The notes: generated from the letters alone by a model not told the origin. A DNA stretch of 64,000 nt from the human T2T-CHM13v2.0 reference genome, Homo sapiens (GCF_009914755.1 NC_060942.1), one strand, 5' to 3'; positions 38,312 to 53,511 are shown, counted from the first letter of the stretch. Numbers and translations are program-made.

Positions 38312-39695
38312 CGTGTCCGGAATTGGTGGGTTCTTGATCTCACTGACTTCAAGAATGAAGCCGCGGACCCTCGCGGTGAGTGTTACAGCTCTTAAGGTGG
38401 CGCGTCTGGAGTCTGTCCCTTCTGATGTTCAAATGTGTTCGGAGTTTCTTCCTTCTGGTGTGTTCGTGGTCTCGCTGGCTCAGGAGTAAAGCTGCAGACC
38501 TTCGCGGTGAGTGTTACAGCTCTTAAGGCAGCGCGTCTGGAGTTGTTCGCTCCTCCCGGTGGGCTCGTGGTCTCGCTGGGCTCAGGAGTGAAGCTGCAGA
38601 TCTTCGTGGTGAGTGTTACAGCTCATAAAAGCAGCGTGGACCCAAAGAGTGAGCAGTAGCGAGATTTATTGCAAAGAGCAAAAGAACAAACCTTCCACAG
38701 CGTGGAAGGGGACACGAGCAGGTTACCAATGCTGGCTTGGGCAGCATGCTTTTATTCTCTTATCTGGCCCCACCCACATCCTGCTGATTGGTAGAGCCGA
38801 GTGGCCTGTTTTGACAGGGTGCTGATTGGTGCATTTACAATCCCTGAGCTAGATACAAAGGTTCTCCACGTCCCCATCAGATTAGTTAGATACAGAGTAT
38901 GGACACAAAGGTTCTCCAAGGCCCCACCAGAGCAGCTAGATACAGAGTGTCAATTGGTGCACTCACAAACCTTGAGCTAAACACAGGGTGCTGATTGGTG
39001 TATTTACAACCCCTGAGCTAGACATAAAGACTCTCCACATCCCCACCAGACTCAGGAGCCCAGCTGGCTTCACCTAGTGGATCCCGCACCGGGGCTGCAG
39101 GTGGAGCTGCCTGCCAGTCCCGCGCCGTGCGCTCGCACTCCTCAGCCCTTGGGTGATGGGACTGGGCGCCGTGGAGCAGGGGGTGGTGCTCGTCGGGGAG
39201 GCTCGGGCCGCACAGGAGCCCATGGAGTGGGTGGGAAGCTCAGGCATGGCGGGCTGCAGGTCCCTAGCCCTGCCCCACGGGAAGGCAGCTAAGGCCCGGT
39301 GAGAAATCGAGCACAGCGCCGGTGGGCTGGCACTGCTGGGGGACCCAGTACACCCTCCACAGCCACTGGCCCGGGTGCTAAGTCCCTCATTGGCCGGGCC
39401 AGCAGGGTTGGCCGGCTGCTCCGAGTGCGGGACCCGCCAAGCCCACGCCCACCCGGAACTCCAGCTGGCCCGCGAGCGCCGCACGCAACCCGGGTTCCCG
39501 CTAGCGCCTCTCCCTCCACACCTCCCTGCAAGCTGAGGGAGTGGGCTCCAGCCTTGGCCAGCCCAGAAAGGGGCTCCCACAGTGCAGTGGTGGGCTGAAG
39601 GGTTCCTCAAATGCCGCCAAAGTGGGAGCCCAGGCAGAGGAGGTGCCAAGAGCAAGCCAGGGCTCTGAGGACTGCCAGCACGCTGTCACCTCTCA
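38312..39695 (-). mobile_element. LTR12C (ERV9/HERV9) solo LTR, ~1.38 kb
   Basis: Minus-strand start 'tgagaggtgacagcgtgctggcagtcctc' and end 'aagaacccaccaattccggacac'; tandem 'ggtgagtgttacagctc' repeats and CCAAT/GATA repeats; 4-bp TSD cttc (38308-38311 and 39696-39699). Confidence 0.95.
38745..39060 (-). promoter_or_regulatory. LTR12C promoter/enhancer core: NF-Y (CCAAT) and GATA repeats with an AATAAA-type TATA substitute
   Basis: 'ctgattggt' at about 38784, 38822 and 38991; 'caattggt' at about 38951; repeated 'tagatac'; 'gcttttattct' at about 38748-38758. Activity is inferred from LTR12 family knowledge. Confidence 0.6.
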
Positions 39696-40388
39696 CTTCC
39701 ACCTCAGCCTCCCGAGTAGCTGGGACCTGTGACACGCACATTCCACCATGCCTGGCTGACTTTTTCATTTTTTGTAAAGATGGGGTCTCCTCATGTTGCC
39801 CAGGCTTGTCTTGAACTCCTGGACTCAAGTAATTATCCCACCTTTGCCCCTCAGATGATTATCCCACCTTGGCCTCCCAGGGATTACAGGCGTGAGCCAC
39901 TTCTCCCGGCCTCTCTGCTAACTTTAGAGCACAATTCTACATGGTATTTGGTAAGTGACATCCCTCCTAAAATTCAAATTCCAAAGCCAATGTCAAAAGA
40001 TATTCTGTTTTTCATTTTTTAAAATGTTTCTAGCTAAAGAGTTTGTTATCCATACTGACCCTGCACATTCCTTGCTATAGCATCTCAGTACTACTGTATT
40101 CAGTGTCAATTATAGGAGTATTAATCTTATAACGCTTTATATTTTTAAATGCATTTTATGCATTTACTTTGAACATTATTTTCCTTAAAAGGATTGCTGT
40201 CTTTGTGATAAATAGGCTTGAATTCCAAAATTTGAAATGAATAATAGGAAAACCGTATTAGATATATTTATCATGCATAACAACGCATATGCCAATACCA
40301 AATTAAATTTTATAGTAAAATTTTATTAATGAAATACCTTATACAGCTATTGTTTTATAAATGTTTCTAAACATTTAGCCCTTTTTCA

Positions 40389-40734
<346 letters not shown>

Positions 40735-41495
40735 TTAGTAATCATCAGTACGTGTTGTTCATACTTTGGTAAGGTCAAGAAGAATTTATGGCATAGAGAA
40801 ATAATCTTTGCTGTAATACCTGCACGTGAATTGGTATTGTTGACAGATGCCACAGGTGGAAATGGTTAGGAAACTGATACAGAGAAAATGAGCAATGTAA
40901 TATTTTCTTTACTGCCCTGAAATAATCTTAAAAATAAATTATAAAGCAGTTGATATAGAGACAATGAGAAGATCAGTTAGACATCTTTCGTCTCCTTGAA
41001 ATACCCAGGTCAGTTCTGATTTGTGCTGAATGAAAGGTTATGTCATATGTCTATGTTTTCCATTTTTACAGGATGAATCTCAGAAAAATATTTCATTAAG
41101 TAGTGTGGAGGTAGGGTCAAATGTTTGGTACAGGAGGAAATGCCTCCTCAGCCACATGGGGAGCTAGGTGACAACCCTAGACCTCTCAACCTCCTGCTCC
41201 TCCTTGCTGGCATGCGTAGGAGCTGAGCATTTATTGATTGCAATAATGAGCAAACAAATGAAAGCGAAAGGAGACTTCTGTTTACGTTCTCTTCTCTTTT
41301 GTTTTCCCTTCTAATGCTTGGCATAATCATTTACTTAGGTAATACGTAATGGAGACACTGCACCACATAAAACTCTAATTCACAATTGATGCTTGGCAAT
41401 CTATCAATATTTATTGAATGCCTACTCTGTGCCCTGTGTTAAACTTAATGAATGTTTAGAAAACTTCTAATTAGGGATCCTGCCCAATATTATAG

Positions 41496-41824
<329 letters not shown>

Positions 41825-42194
41825 CAAAGCTCTAGATTCTAAGAACACATACAGGTAATCAGAATGTCGATAGGTATATAGGAGATAGAATTTTCTATTG
41901 TTTTATATGTAGACATACACACCCATATATCCTCATAAGGACATGTATTTAATTTCTATTTTTATGTTCTCTACATTGGTTCCTTATTTTCTTCTCTTTT
42001 TTCTATTTATTGTTTTTTAATGCACTCTTCTAATCAATATAAAATATGATAACTGAAGGATCTGATTACACCTTATGAGGGTCAGGGAAGATACTGAGGT
42101 GGATTCCACTCATTGCCATCTTCACCACCCTCTTATTCTTCTCCTGTGGGACCAGCAATCCCGGGATTTCACTCTTTCTTTTTAGAAGTCACGG

Positions 42195-42400
42195 CATCAA
42201 CACAGCTTAGAGATTAAGAGCAGGACTCCTGAAATCTAAATGCTTGGCCTCGCAGCTCCCACTCCTGACAAGCTTGAAATCCTGGGCAAGACTCGAGCTC
42301 TCTAAGCTTTAATCTCATTTGTAAAGTGGAGATAATAATAATACCTAACCCTCAAGGGGCTAGTGTAAAAGACTCCAGAAAAACTGGCTGTTGTGACTGT
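42195..42400 (+). mobile_element. MIR fragment
   Basis: 'ctcatttgtaaagtggagataataataatacctaacc'. Confidence 0.65.
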
Positions 42401-43127
42401 TGTGCTGTTATTCTTGCTAACCATGGGAAAGAGAGCGCCTGTGAAATGTGTGCGCGATCTCCGTGGAGATAGCAGCTGCAGTTTCAAATATCCACTCTTT
42501 TCCATCTGCTTTTCCCACAGCCCAGTTTGGATCCGTCCTTCTCTGTCTCTCCTAACATTCATCAGCACTTGCTGTTTTCCACTCGACATTGCTGGCTACC
42601 ATTTCATCCACCTCGTGTGTTTCTCCTTGTTGATTCCATGCTCCTCAAAGGCAGGAATAATGACTAGCAACTCTTCGTCTCCCTAGCCCCTTGTTTTGTG
42701 TATTATTCTTATTATTAACTTAATAACTATAAGAGATAATTGACATTTATCTATTGTACATCTTTTCAATTACATTAGTGCCCATCATATCGGTGAACAA
42801 AAGTATCTTACATCCTTGGTCAGCTTCAAACCCACTTTCAGAATAAAGTTGGGTACAGCTCAATAAATGGTACTCAGTATACCCTTAATATACATGGATC
42901 AGCCTCATATAAGCTCAGGAAAAAATGAGATAAAAGTTTCTCCCTTCAAACACTAAACTGATTTGGTTTTCAGTGATTTTTTTCTCTGGCATTTCTCTGA
43001 ATTCCACCTGTTTGGTTCTAGTCCCTCCATGAGATGCTCTCTCTGTTAGTATTTACAAGGGCATGAAGACCCTTCTTACCTGAGTCTTGAGATTTCTATC
43101 TTTTCAAAGTTTCCAACACCTTAGTAA

Positions 43128-43441
<314 letters not shown>

Positions 43442-44838
43442 TCCTGGAAGTTCTTACAGTGTAAAGCATGACAAGAAAGTTTCCCTCCCCACCTGTCAAT
43501 GTGGGTTTCCTAAGCATCAGTGGGAATGAGGACCCCATGTACTGGTGTATGGGAGGTCCCAAGGCCACAGTGGCTCATCAGAATCCATTTTATACCTTTC
43601 CCAACATGTACCCATATCCTACAAGTAATGTTGGTTCATTGCAAATGGAACTGGTCTAATCCTAGGCCAGTTTCCTAAAAGATCATGCAACTATGGTCGC
43701 AGGTGTGGTGTGGTTAATGTGAGTGGGCAGCTATGTGATGCTTTAAGAAACCTGAAGGAGGTCTTTCTGCCCTCAGATCACTTTTCCATAATGACTGAAT
43801 TCTTTTGCTTTTACACAATTCGATATCCTATCAAAGGAGATCAAACTTTCGATTAGTCAGGAAGTGGTTTTCAAGCCCCTAAAGGGTGTTGGAAGTATAC
43901 AGGGTGGTCTTGATTGTCACAGTGACTGGAAAGCCTCTCCTGGCATTTCCTGGGTGGGGCTGTCCTTCATCATCTGCTCAGCCTCATCCAGCCAAGCAAA
44001 ATGTTTAACTGCTTTAGCTTTGGGAGGTGGGGGCTGACCAGGATAAAATGTCTGAAAGGATATAACTGGAAATTAAAGAAGATAACACAGATATTAAGTT
44101 CTTTATAAGTAGTGGTGAGGGCCGCCAAGAGTTGAGAGGGTAGAAGAGATCAGATTTAATCCCTCCAAATGCTTTTTTCTACGAACATAAGCATCACCCC
44201 ACCTTAAGTTTGTCTGGACTGTGTATGCTTTGCATATTTATTATTTCGTTTGAATCTCACTAGAAAACTGTAAGGTAGGTAGACTGCATATTGCTATTAC
44301 CACAGTTGATTGCTTTGGGTTGGGGGGAGAGAGTCACTGAAGACCTCTTTTAAAAAGTAAACATTACGGGGAGAAGCGCCAGTTATCTTTCCTTACTGAC
44401 ATCAGTTTTTCCTATTAGTTCAGTATTCCAATCAGTCATCAGAAAGAGCCTGGAAGGAGTGGAGCTGTCTTGAGAAGTGGAGGGAGAACGAAGAGCCCTC
44501 TCATGTGGCCACCGGGCACTCTGTGGGCCTGGAGGGTAACTGGGTGCCAGTGAGTGGCATAAATGTTATCTGGGTGTGAGGGGGAGGCAGAGAAAAGGAA
44601 GGCAAGTGGACGGCCAGAGACCAAGGTCACAGTGAGAGGACTGTGGCACCATGGGACTATTGACATGTGGGTTGCTTACTTCACCTCTTTGCCAAAGGCT
44701 GGCCCTTCAACCAAAATAAAAGGCTTAACTGATAAACTTCGATGAGATGGATTGCATCTCATTTATTCACCAAGTGTTTGTCAATTACGTACTATGGCCA
44801 AGGACTGTGCCAAACACTGTGGATAGAAAGATAAAGAA

Positions 44839-45178
<340 letters not shown>

Positions 45179-45423
45179 CTATCCCTCCTCTATCCCTCCC
45201 CGGCACTACTTTCTCTCAAAGATGTCCACTGTCCTAACTTCCAAACGCCTTAAATTAGTTGTACCTGTTGTTTAATAATATATATGACAGAAATTATTAA
45301 AACCATACAAAAATATTTAGCTTTATTTATGTTAGCTGGGCCAATTGTTTTTCCTCTTTGCTGAGGTCAGAGCAAGATGCAATGGGTGAAGGTTGAAACA
45401 TGAGAGGTTTCAATCACAGAAGG

Positions 45424-45732
45424 TTTTTTTTTTTTTTTTTGAGACAGAGTTTCACTCTTGTTACCCAGGCTGGAGTGCAATGGCCTGATCTCGGTTCACT
45501 GCAACTTCCGCCCCTAGGGTTCAAGTGATTCTCCTGCCTCGGCCTCCCAAGTAGCTGGGATTACAGGTGCCTACCACCACACACACAAAAAATAATTTTT
45601 TGTATTCTATTTAGTAGAGACAGGGTTTCACCATGTTGGTCAGGCTGGTCTCAAACTCCTGACCTCAGGTGATCCACCCACCTTGGCCTCCCAAACTGCT
45701 GATATTACAGGCATGAGCCACCACACCCTGCC
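45424..45732 (-). mobile_element. AluSq/Sp-like
   Basis: 'agtttcactcttgtt'; TSD agaaggttt. Confidence 0.9.
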
Positions 45733-46182
45733 AGAAGGTTTCAATTATTGCATTTTTTAAATAATAGGGATATGAAGAAGCAACCTAAGTATCTGAGGGG
45801 AACTGATTGATTATTGAGTATATTGTGTTATGACACTCATATAATGAAATGTGGCACAGCAATTCAGAATCAATAAATATTCACTGTGATGGAAAGATGC
45901 TAGTGAGGTATCCCTGCAGGAAAAATGTTTACATAAGAGTGTACATAAAACGTGGTTGTAAAGATATCTAACTTGCATTTTTCTGCATTTTTCAAGTCTT
46001 CTATTATAAGCATATAGTATTTTTATAGTCAAAAAATATTGTCTAAAAAAATGAGGGGAAGAGGGCTGAGGAGGCAGTTTTCCTCAAAGTCTGAAGCTAC
46101 ATTGAAGCATGAAAAATGCTCTTCCTCACTGCTGAGGCCAGTGTAGGATCAAATGGGCTGAAGCTGAATCAGGAGAAGTTTC

Positions 46183-46483
46183 TTTTCTTTGAAGTTTTAA
46201 GTTCAGGGGTACATGTGCAGGTTTGTTACATAGGTAAACTTGTGTTATGGGATTGTGTTAACAGATTATTTTTTGTAAACTTGTGTTAACAGATTATTTT
46301 TTCACCCAGATATTAAGCCTAGACTAGTACCCACTCATCGTTTTTCCTGATCCTCTCCCTCCTCCCACCTTCCACCCTCTGGAAGGACCCAGTGAGTGTT
46401 GTTCCCCTCTGTGTGTCCATGTGTTATCATTATTTAGCTCCCACTTATAAGTGAGAACATGCAGTATTTGGTGTTCTGTTCTA
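46183..46483 (-). mobile_element. 5'-truncated old L1PA 3' end (~300 bp)
   Basis: 'ggggtacatgtgcaggtttgttacataggtaaac' and 'agctcccacttataagtgagaacatgcagtatttgg'; TSD caggagaagtttc (46170-46182 and 46487-46499). Confidence 0.9.
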
Positions 46484-47442
46484 AAACAGGAGAAGTTTCC
46501 ATTGGAAAGGAGATAGCATAACTGTGGGAAGAAAAAAAGAGTTCCCCAGTGAAGGTCTTCCTCTTCTCTAACTGAAACCTCTCATTCATCAGCCTTCACT
46601 CATTGCCTCTTGTTCCAACCTCAGCAAAGATGAAAAACAATTGGCCCACCTCCCTGTCTACCCTTTGAAAGAGACCCACACTGTTCTCTTTGAGATGACA
46701 CGACACGGTTCTTCAGGAGGTATAAATGTTCAAACTGCCTTACAGATTCTGGGGGGCCTCCTTGGTGGATAGATCAGATAATACGATGAGATCAGGAACT
46801 AGTGTTCTCACCAGAAAAGAACCGGTGGTCTAACCATAGCCCTTGCCCAACCCCCTCCCTCAGTTTACCAGGTCTCCACTCTCTGGGGAACACCTGACCC
46901 TGCCTTACAAACTGGCACCCTCTCTTACAGTTTTCTGCGCTACAGTGATGACGTGTCATATCCTTCAACCAACTGAAGACGTTTTGGCAGGACCTGCAAA
47001 GCACTTCCTGGTTTTCATTCTTCCATTTTTACCGGATTCCTAATACAATGCCTTTCAAGGTTTCAGCCTTTTGTGAATCGATAGAACCCAGGAAAAGGAG
47101 ACACCCAGAGTGAGAAGCTAGCAGAGCCAATCGAGCACCCGAATTAGCACACAGTCCCACCACATATGCTGCTTTTATACAAAAAGGTGTTTTTATTTTG
47201 CAAAAACAGTTGTTCAATCTCTGACAGTTTTGATAGTGACATGAGGGAATTCCTCCAACTTCACTTCCCATGACCCCATAGTTCCAGTCTTTTCTGATAC
47301 GCCCATCCTAGCCTTCTCTCTGAACTCTTCTCCATATCTTAAAAATGTCTTTCTTATTTACTTGATTGGTAAGAATCACAAAATTGTGTTTTCTATTTCT
47401 TAATTATCGGTCTATGTGTTTTCTGTTCCTAATTATAGGTCT

Positions 47443-47575
47443 TTCTTTTCTTTTTCTTTTTTTAAATAGAGTTGGGGTCTTGCTATGTTGCCCAGGTTGG
47501 TCTTGAACTCCTGGTTTCAAGCGATCCTCCTATGGTGGCCTCCCAGTGATTACAGGCCTGACCCACCGTACCGAC
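47443..47575 (-). mobile_element. FLAM/AluJ left monomer
   Basis: 'ggggtcttgctatgttgcccaggttggtcttgaactcctgg'. Confidence 0.8.
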
Positions 47576-48679
47576 CTTAATTTTAGGTCTTTTGCTGCTG
47601 GAGCATCACCACTTGGAATATTCCTTTTAAAAGAGTCTGAAGAAAAAATGTTACCCCCGCCTATAGAGTTTTTATGGTTAGTAATCACCTTAGAGATCAA
47701 ACAAATACAAGCCCTTCAGAGAAATATTTGCTGCTCCCTATAAGTTGTTAATGTAGAGTTTGCAGTGGTATTATGTGCTTCCTGCAAAATCAACTTAAAA
47801 TACAATGTTAATTCTGTAGAGCAACTTTTTGTTGTCTAATGAACACAGCAGCATGGAAGTCACATGGAAGCCAAGAGTAACTTGGTCTACTCTTGAAAGG
47901 CTGGAACCCATCAAGGACGTCCCATTTCTAAGTGATGTCCACTTGTTTGATTTTTAACTCTTCTTCTTTCTATGATTTTCAAAGGATTCAAAATAACTAC
48001 AAAGCATAGCATGGTGCCTTTTGTGTATATGAAAAAGCAAATCTGGTTCTAGGGCTTAATGTTTGTTACTTGAGTCTGACAATAGACAATCTTGCCTTGG
48101 GCTATGCCAGTAACGACAGGAGACCAGGCGCCGAGTCTTCAGAGCTCAACCTTGCTGGCATCTGTTCCTCTGAGAGAGAGAAGTTGAGAGGGGAGGAGAG
48201 CAAGTTCCCACAAACCTTAAAGAGAAACATCTGTTGCAGCTTGTGTGCTGAGTTCAGCAGGGGAGAAGCCAACCCAGGACCAGGTCAGATCTCAGTACTG
48301 GTCTCTATGCTAAATTGAAAATGACTAAGACAGTATCAAGGGATGCGTAAAAATCATTATGGTCAAAGTTATCACAATGATTTCTTTTCTTCTGGATTTG
48401 ATGGGAAATGTTTGTGTAGACCCAGGCTATGTCCAGATGACTGTTGTAAATTCAATAAAAAATGTTTAAAATAAACAAAAGGACATTATGACCACCACTG
48501 TATGATTGCACATGATGGTTGAACACTGGCCAGGCCGAAGGGCCACCAGGCTAAACAGCAAGGGAGAAAGTCCCTGGCAAATGGTTTCCATCCTGGCCTT
48601 ACTCACTTTCATGCATACAGAAACAGCTGTGAAATATACATGGCTCATCAATATTAATTTTCACGTTGATGAAAAGCCA

Positions 48680-48965
48680 CTCCCTGTCCTGGTGACCTTG
48701 AAGAAGTCCCAACCTCACTGGGTCTCACTTTCTCTGTCTGCAAAATGAGGATAACAATATTCTCCCCATCTGCCTTAGCTGGTTGTTGCTTATTGCATAA
48801 GCATGAGGCTCCAACCTGTTTATTTTATTTGGTGAACAGTTAAATAGTACTTACTACGTGCCAGGCAGTGGTATTAACTCATTTATTTCTCACAACAATC
48901 GCATAAGAAAAGGTATTATTATTATTATTATCCCCATTTTACAGATAAGGAAACTAAGACATGGA
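48680..48965. mobile_element. Two MIR fragments in opposite orientations
   Basis: 'tctgcaaaatgaggataacaata' and 'atccccattttacagataaggaaactaag'. Confidence 0.65.
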
Positions 48966-49113
48966 ATTTAATGACCACAAAATATTGAACAACTGTTAAT
49001 TATTAATGCCGAGAATTTTTGTGTCCTTCTGAACATGAAAGTGGCTAGCATTACCCATGAAATTCTGACTTCTACACCCCCGATTAATTTCCCACAAGCT
49101 CTCAGACCTCTGA

Positions 49114-49461
<348 letters not shown>

Positions 49462-49952
49462 ATACTACCTTTGATTATAGTGTTCTATGGCCTTGTGTCT
49501 GCACTTTTCCACATCATTCCTAGTTTATAAGCTTCTGGAGCAGAGAGAAACTTCCCCTACCAAACCTGTCACAGTACCATGCACCTGGTGCTCTGGGTGG
49601 CTGTTCAATGAATTAATTAGCTATTAATGAAGCAATCGTCCCCACCTGTGCCTGAGGGACATGCTCATTGGCAATGGCTCATTATGATTGGTTCACTCAT
49701 AATGGCTGTGACTAGGTCCCTTTTCAGGGGCACAGGACTCTGGATTAGCAAACTTAACATTTTCTGACCTCTCTTAATGCTGAATCACACACGCATTCAT
49801 ATGTGTATTCACACCCTTCTCATGTGTCATTCTCATGTGTCAAGGGAAACTTTGGCCTAGATGCTATTAACATTTTACAATTTTCTTTTGGTAAATATCA
49901 GTAGCCATCATTGTTTAAATGTGAACAGCAGCTATGTTCGTAGAAATATGAA

Positions 49953-50695
49953 GTGGATTGGTTTTCTATTGCCGCTGCAACAAATTGCTGCAAATTTGGA
50001 GACTTAAAACAACAGAGGTTTATTATCTTACAGATCTGGTCCAAAGTAGGTTGGCATGGCTGTGTTCCTTATGGCAGCTCTAGGAAAGAATCCATTTCCT
50101 TGCCTTGTTCAGCTTTTTTTTTGAGATGGGGTCTCACTCTGTCCCCCAAGCTGGAATACGGTGGCATGATCTCGGCTCACTGCAACCTCTAGCTCCTAGA
50201 TTCAAGCGATTCTCTTGCCTCAGCCTCCTGAGTAGCTGAGATTACAGGTACCCACCACCACGCCCACCTAATTTTTGTATTTTTAGTAGAGTCGGGGTTT
50301 TGCAATGTTGCCCAGGCTGGTCTGGAACTCCTGACCTTAAGCGATCTGCCTGCCTGGGCCTCCCAAAGTGCTGGGATTACAGCGTGAGCCACCATGCTTA
50401 ACCCTTGTTCAGGTTTTAGAGGCTGCCTGCATGCCTTAGCTCATGGCCCTACCTCACGTCAGCCTCTGCTGTGGTTATCACATCTCCGTCTCAGACTCTG
50501 ACCCTACTTTTCCCCTCTTTTAAGGACCCTTGTGCCTGGGCTGCCAAGATAATCCAGGATAATCTTCCTCTCTCAAGGTCCTTAATTTGATCACATCAGC
50601 AAAGTCTCTTCTGCCAGGGATTTGTAAGGGAATATATTCACAGTTTCTGGGGATTAGGCATAAACATCTTTGGGGGCCATTATTCGCCCATCACA
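49953..50695 (-). mobile_element. MLT1C/D-like LTR interrupted by an Alu (50114-50402, -)
   Basis: 'acttaaaacaacagaggtttattatcttacag', 'gataatccaggataatct', 'ggggccattattc'; Alu TSD ccttgttcag. Confidence 0.8.
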
Positions 50696-51530
50696 ATAGG
50701 TGTATAGACATCTATCAGGTGGTATGTTACAACGGAAGTGGACTGATTTTTGCCACATGTAAAAAGAATATTCACTAGCAGATAAAAAAATAAATAAATA
50801 AACTGTCATAGAACTCACTGCTGCAAGCTTGGTAAATTTCCTGTTCTTGCCCTTCGTCATGACAGAAAGTTTCACTTTGAGTCAGATCCAACAATATTTT
50901 GACAGTAGAATCTGCCAGCCTTCTGGGTGGGCCAGTGGCAGGGTCCCTGAAGTCTGGGTAGATACAGGATGACACAGGCTTCTGGACCCTGATCCCGGCT
51001 GGCCTTGCAGAGCGCTCATGTCTCTTTCCTACAGAAACAGTGCAGCAAGAGCACAAAAGCTCTCTAGCCAAGACTTATCTTGATTATCTCGAACTGCTGA
51101 CCTCAAGTAATCGGGGGCCTTGGCCTCCCAAAGTCCTGGGATTACAGGCGTGAGCCACCCTGCCTGCTGAATATATTTTTTTGACCCACACTATCATTTT
51201 ATTTATTTTTCAATGATACTATATGAATACAAAGTTTCTAGAAAGCTACAAAATGTCTACCACTGTATCAAGAAGGCATCAAAATGTGTCACTTTGCAAA
51301 GACATGAGAACATCTGCAGGAACAGACACAAAAACAGCATTTTAAGAGTGAGGAAATAATTGTACTTATCTGCCCTGAATATTAAAGTTATTATACATAT
51401 GTACTGCAAAAGCTAGAATCCATTTTTTTTTACAAAACACTTTATTTAAAAATTCTGTGCACACAAACTGTATAATTTTCATATAACTATCATACTAAAG
51501 ATAAATTCACTTTAAGGCCAACACTTAGAA

Positions 51531-51842
51531 CTTTTTTTTTCTTTTTCTTGAGATGGAGTCCCACTCTGTTGCCCAAGCTATATGGCAATGGCACAATCTC
51601 GGTTCACTGCAACCCCTGCCTCCCAGGTTCAAGTGATTCTCCTGCTTCAGCCTCCTGAGTAGCTGGGATTACTGGCACCTGCCAGGACACCTGGCTAATT
51701 TTTTTTTTTTTTTTGTAGTTTTAGTACAGATGGGGTTTCACCATGTTGGCCAGGCTGGTCTTGAACTCCTGACCTCAGGTGATCCACCCCCCTCGGCCTC
51801 CCAAAGTGCTGGGATAACAGGCATGAGCCACTGCGTCCGGCC
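51531..51842 (-). mobile_element. AluS
   Basis: Reverse dimer; TSD cacttagaac. Confidence 0.9.
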
Positions 51843-52259
51843 TCACTTAGAACATTTTAAAACCAAAAGCTACCAGTAGCTAAACACAGATGTTAACAAA
51901 TACAAGAAAATACAAGAACACTGTACTGCCTAGAGGTTTAATCAAATGCCTTTTGAAAGTTTCTGCAAGTAGGTTAAGGAAGTATGTGCGTGATTTTGCC
52001 CTTGCCTCATCTCTTCAGTCTACCCAAGAGCAGCCCAGTTACCCAAAGGCAGGTTCCACAGCCCAGTCCAACAGCACTACAATATCAAAGGAACTACCAA
52101 CCAGATTAGATGCTTGTATCACAAACTCTGTATGTGAAAGACACAAAGACACCGACCATGAGAATCCCATTAAGTCATTTAGAAAGTGAACAAACACATG
52201 GACAAACCAATTTAAATAAAATTTAAGCATATTATTAAAGAATTAAAGACTATTCAGGT

Positions 52260-52292
52260 TTCTTTCTTTCCTTCCTTTCCTCCCTCCATCCC

Positions 52293-52328
<36 letters not shown>

Positions 52329-52599
52329 GAGAGCTCAGTTGCCCAGGCTACAGTGCAATGGTGTGATCATGGTTTTCTGCAGCCTTGACCTCCTGGGCTC
52401 AAGCATTCTCCCACCTCAGCCTCTTGAGTAGCTGGGACCACAGGTGCACACCATAACACCTGGCTAATTTTTACTTTTTTGTAGAGATGGGGATCTCATT
52501 ATGTTACCCAGGCTGGTCTGGAACTCCTAGCCTCAAGTGATCCTCCTGCACCGGTCTCCCAAAGTGCTAGGATTAGAGGCATGAGCCATTGTACCTGGC
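52260..52599 (-). mobile_element. AluJ with (CT)n/(TTTC)n tail
   Basis: Reverse dimer; TSD caggtttct. Confidence 0.88.
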
Positions 52600-52973
52600 C
52601 AGGTTTCTCTCTTAAATGTTACAAAAAAAGAAAAAAAATGTTGTCATTTTTCTGGCATGAACTTTTACTTTCTTTCCCTTTGTCTGCAGTCCTGAGCCTA
52701 TTGAAAAAGGCCTACATAAGGAAATCTTTTAAGGATGTAACAGGGAGATGTATGTTTTTAAGAAGTGTCATTAATACATAATTTTCCCAGTGAAACTAAT
52801 CACAGAAAATGCCTGATTAAAAAAAATGAAGTAAAAATAAGACACTGGTTTCCAATTAATTTACAACTAGATCCTGCCAGCCTCTCTTAGAGAAAAGGGG
52901 AAGGAGAAACAATCTTACATGGAAGGCAAACAAAAGAGTCAGCCTGAGAGAGGTGGCGTCCAATGGAATCTGA

Positions 52974-53302
<329 letters not shown>

Positions 53303-53511
53303 TGACCACATTTAATGATGAATGAGAGGGAACCTGAATGCCATCTCGAATACTAAAATGATGTAGTGTGGCATATGACTGACTCAATGCAAATTCACAG
53401 AGTAAAACAATTTAGAGCGTAGGAAGTAGGACAGTATATACAAATATTTCATCTTATTTCATGGTGCGTGACTTCAAGTGAAACTATCCCTTGCCATGCA
53501 ATACATTTTAA

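Larger units (their letters stand above)
38205..39911 (-). mobile_element. AluJ split by LTR12C (parts 38205-38311 and 39696-39911)
   Basis: The two halves rejoin as 'agtgatccttccacctcagcctcc'. Confidence 0.88.

Noticed and set aside
38330-38640. Regularly spaced direct repeats ('gcggtgagtgttacagctc') resembling a CRISPR array
   Set aside because: These are the known LTR12 U5 tandem repeats; the spacers resemble each other, the context is eukaryotic and there are no cas genes
39074-39732. 193-aa and other GC-rich ORFs; apparent CpG-island gene promoter
   Set aside because: They lie within LTR12C U3, where high GC suppresses stop codons
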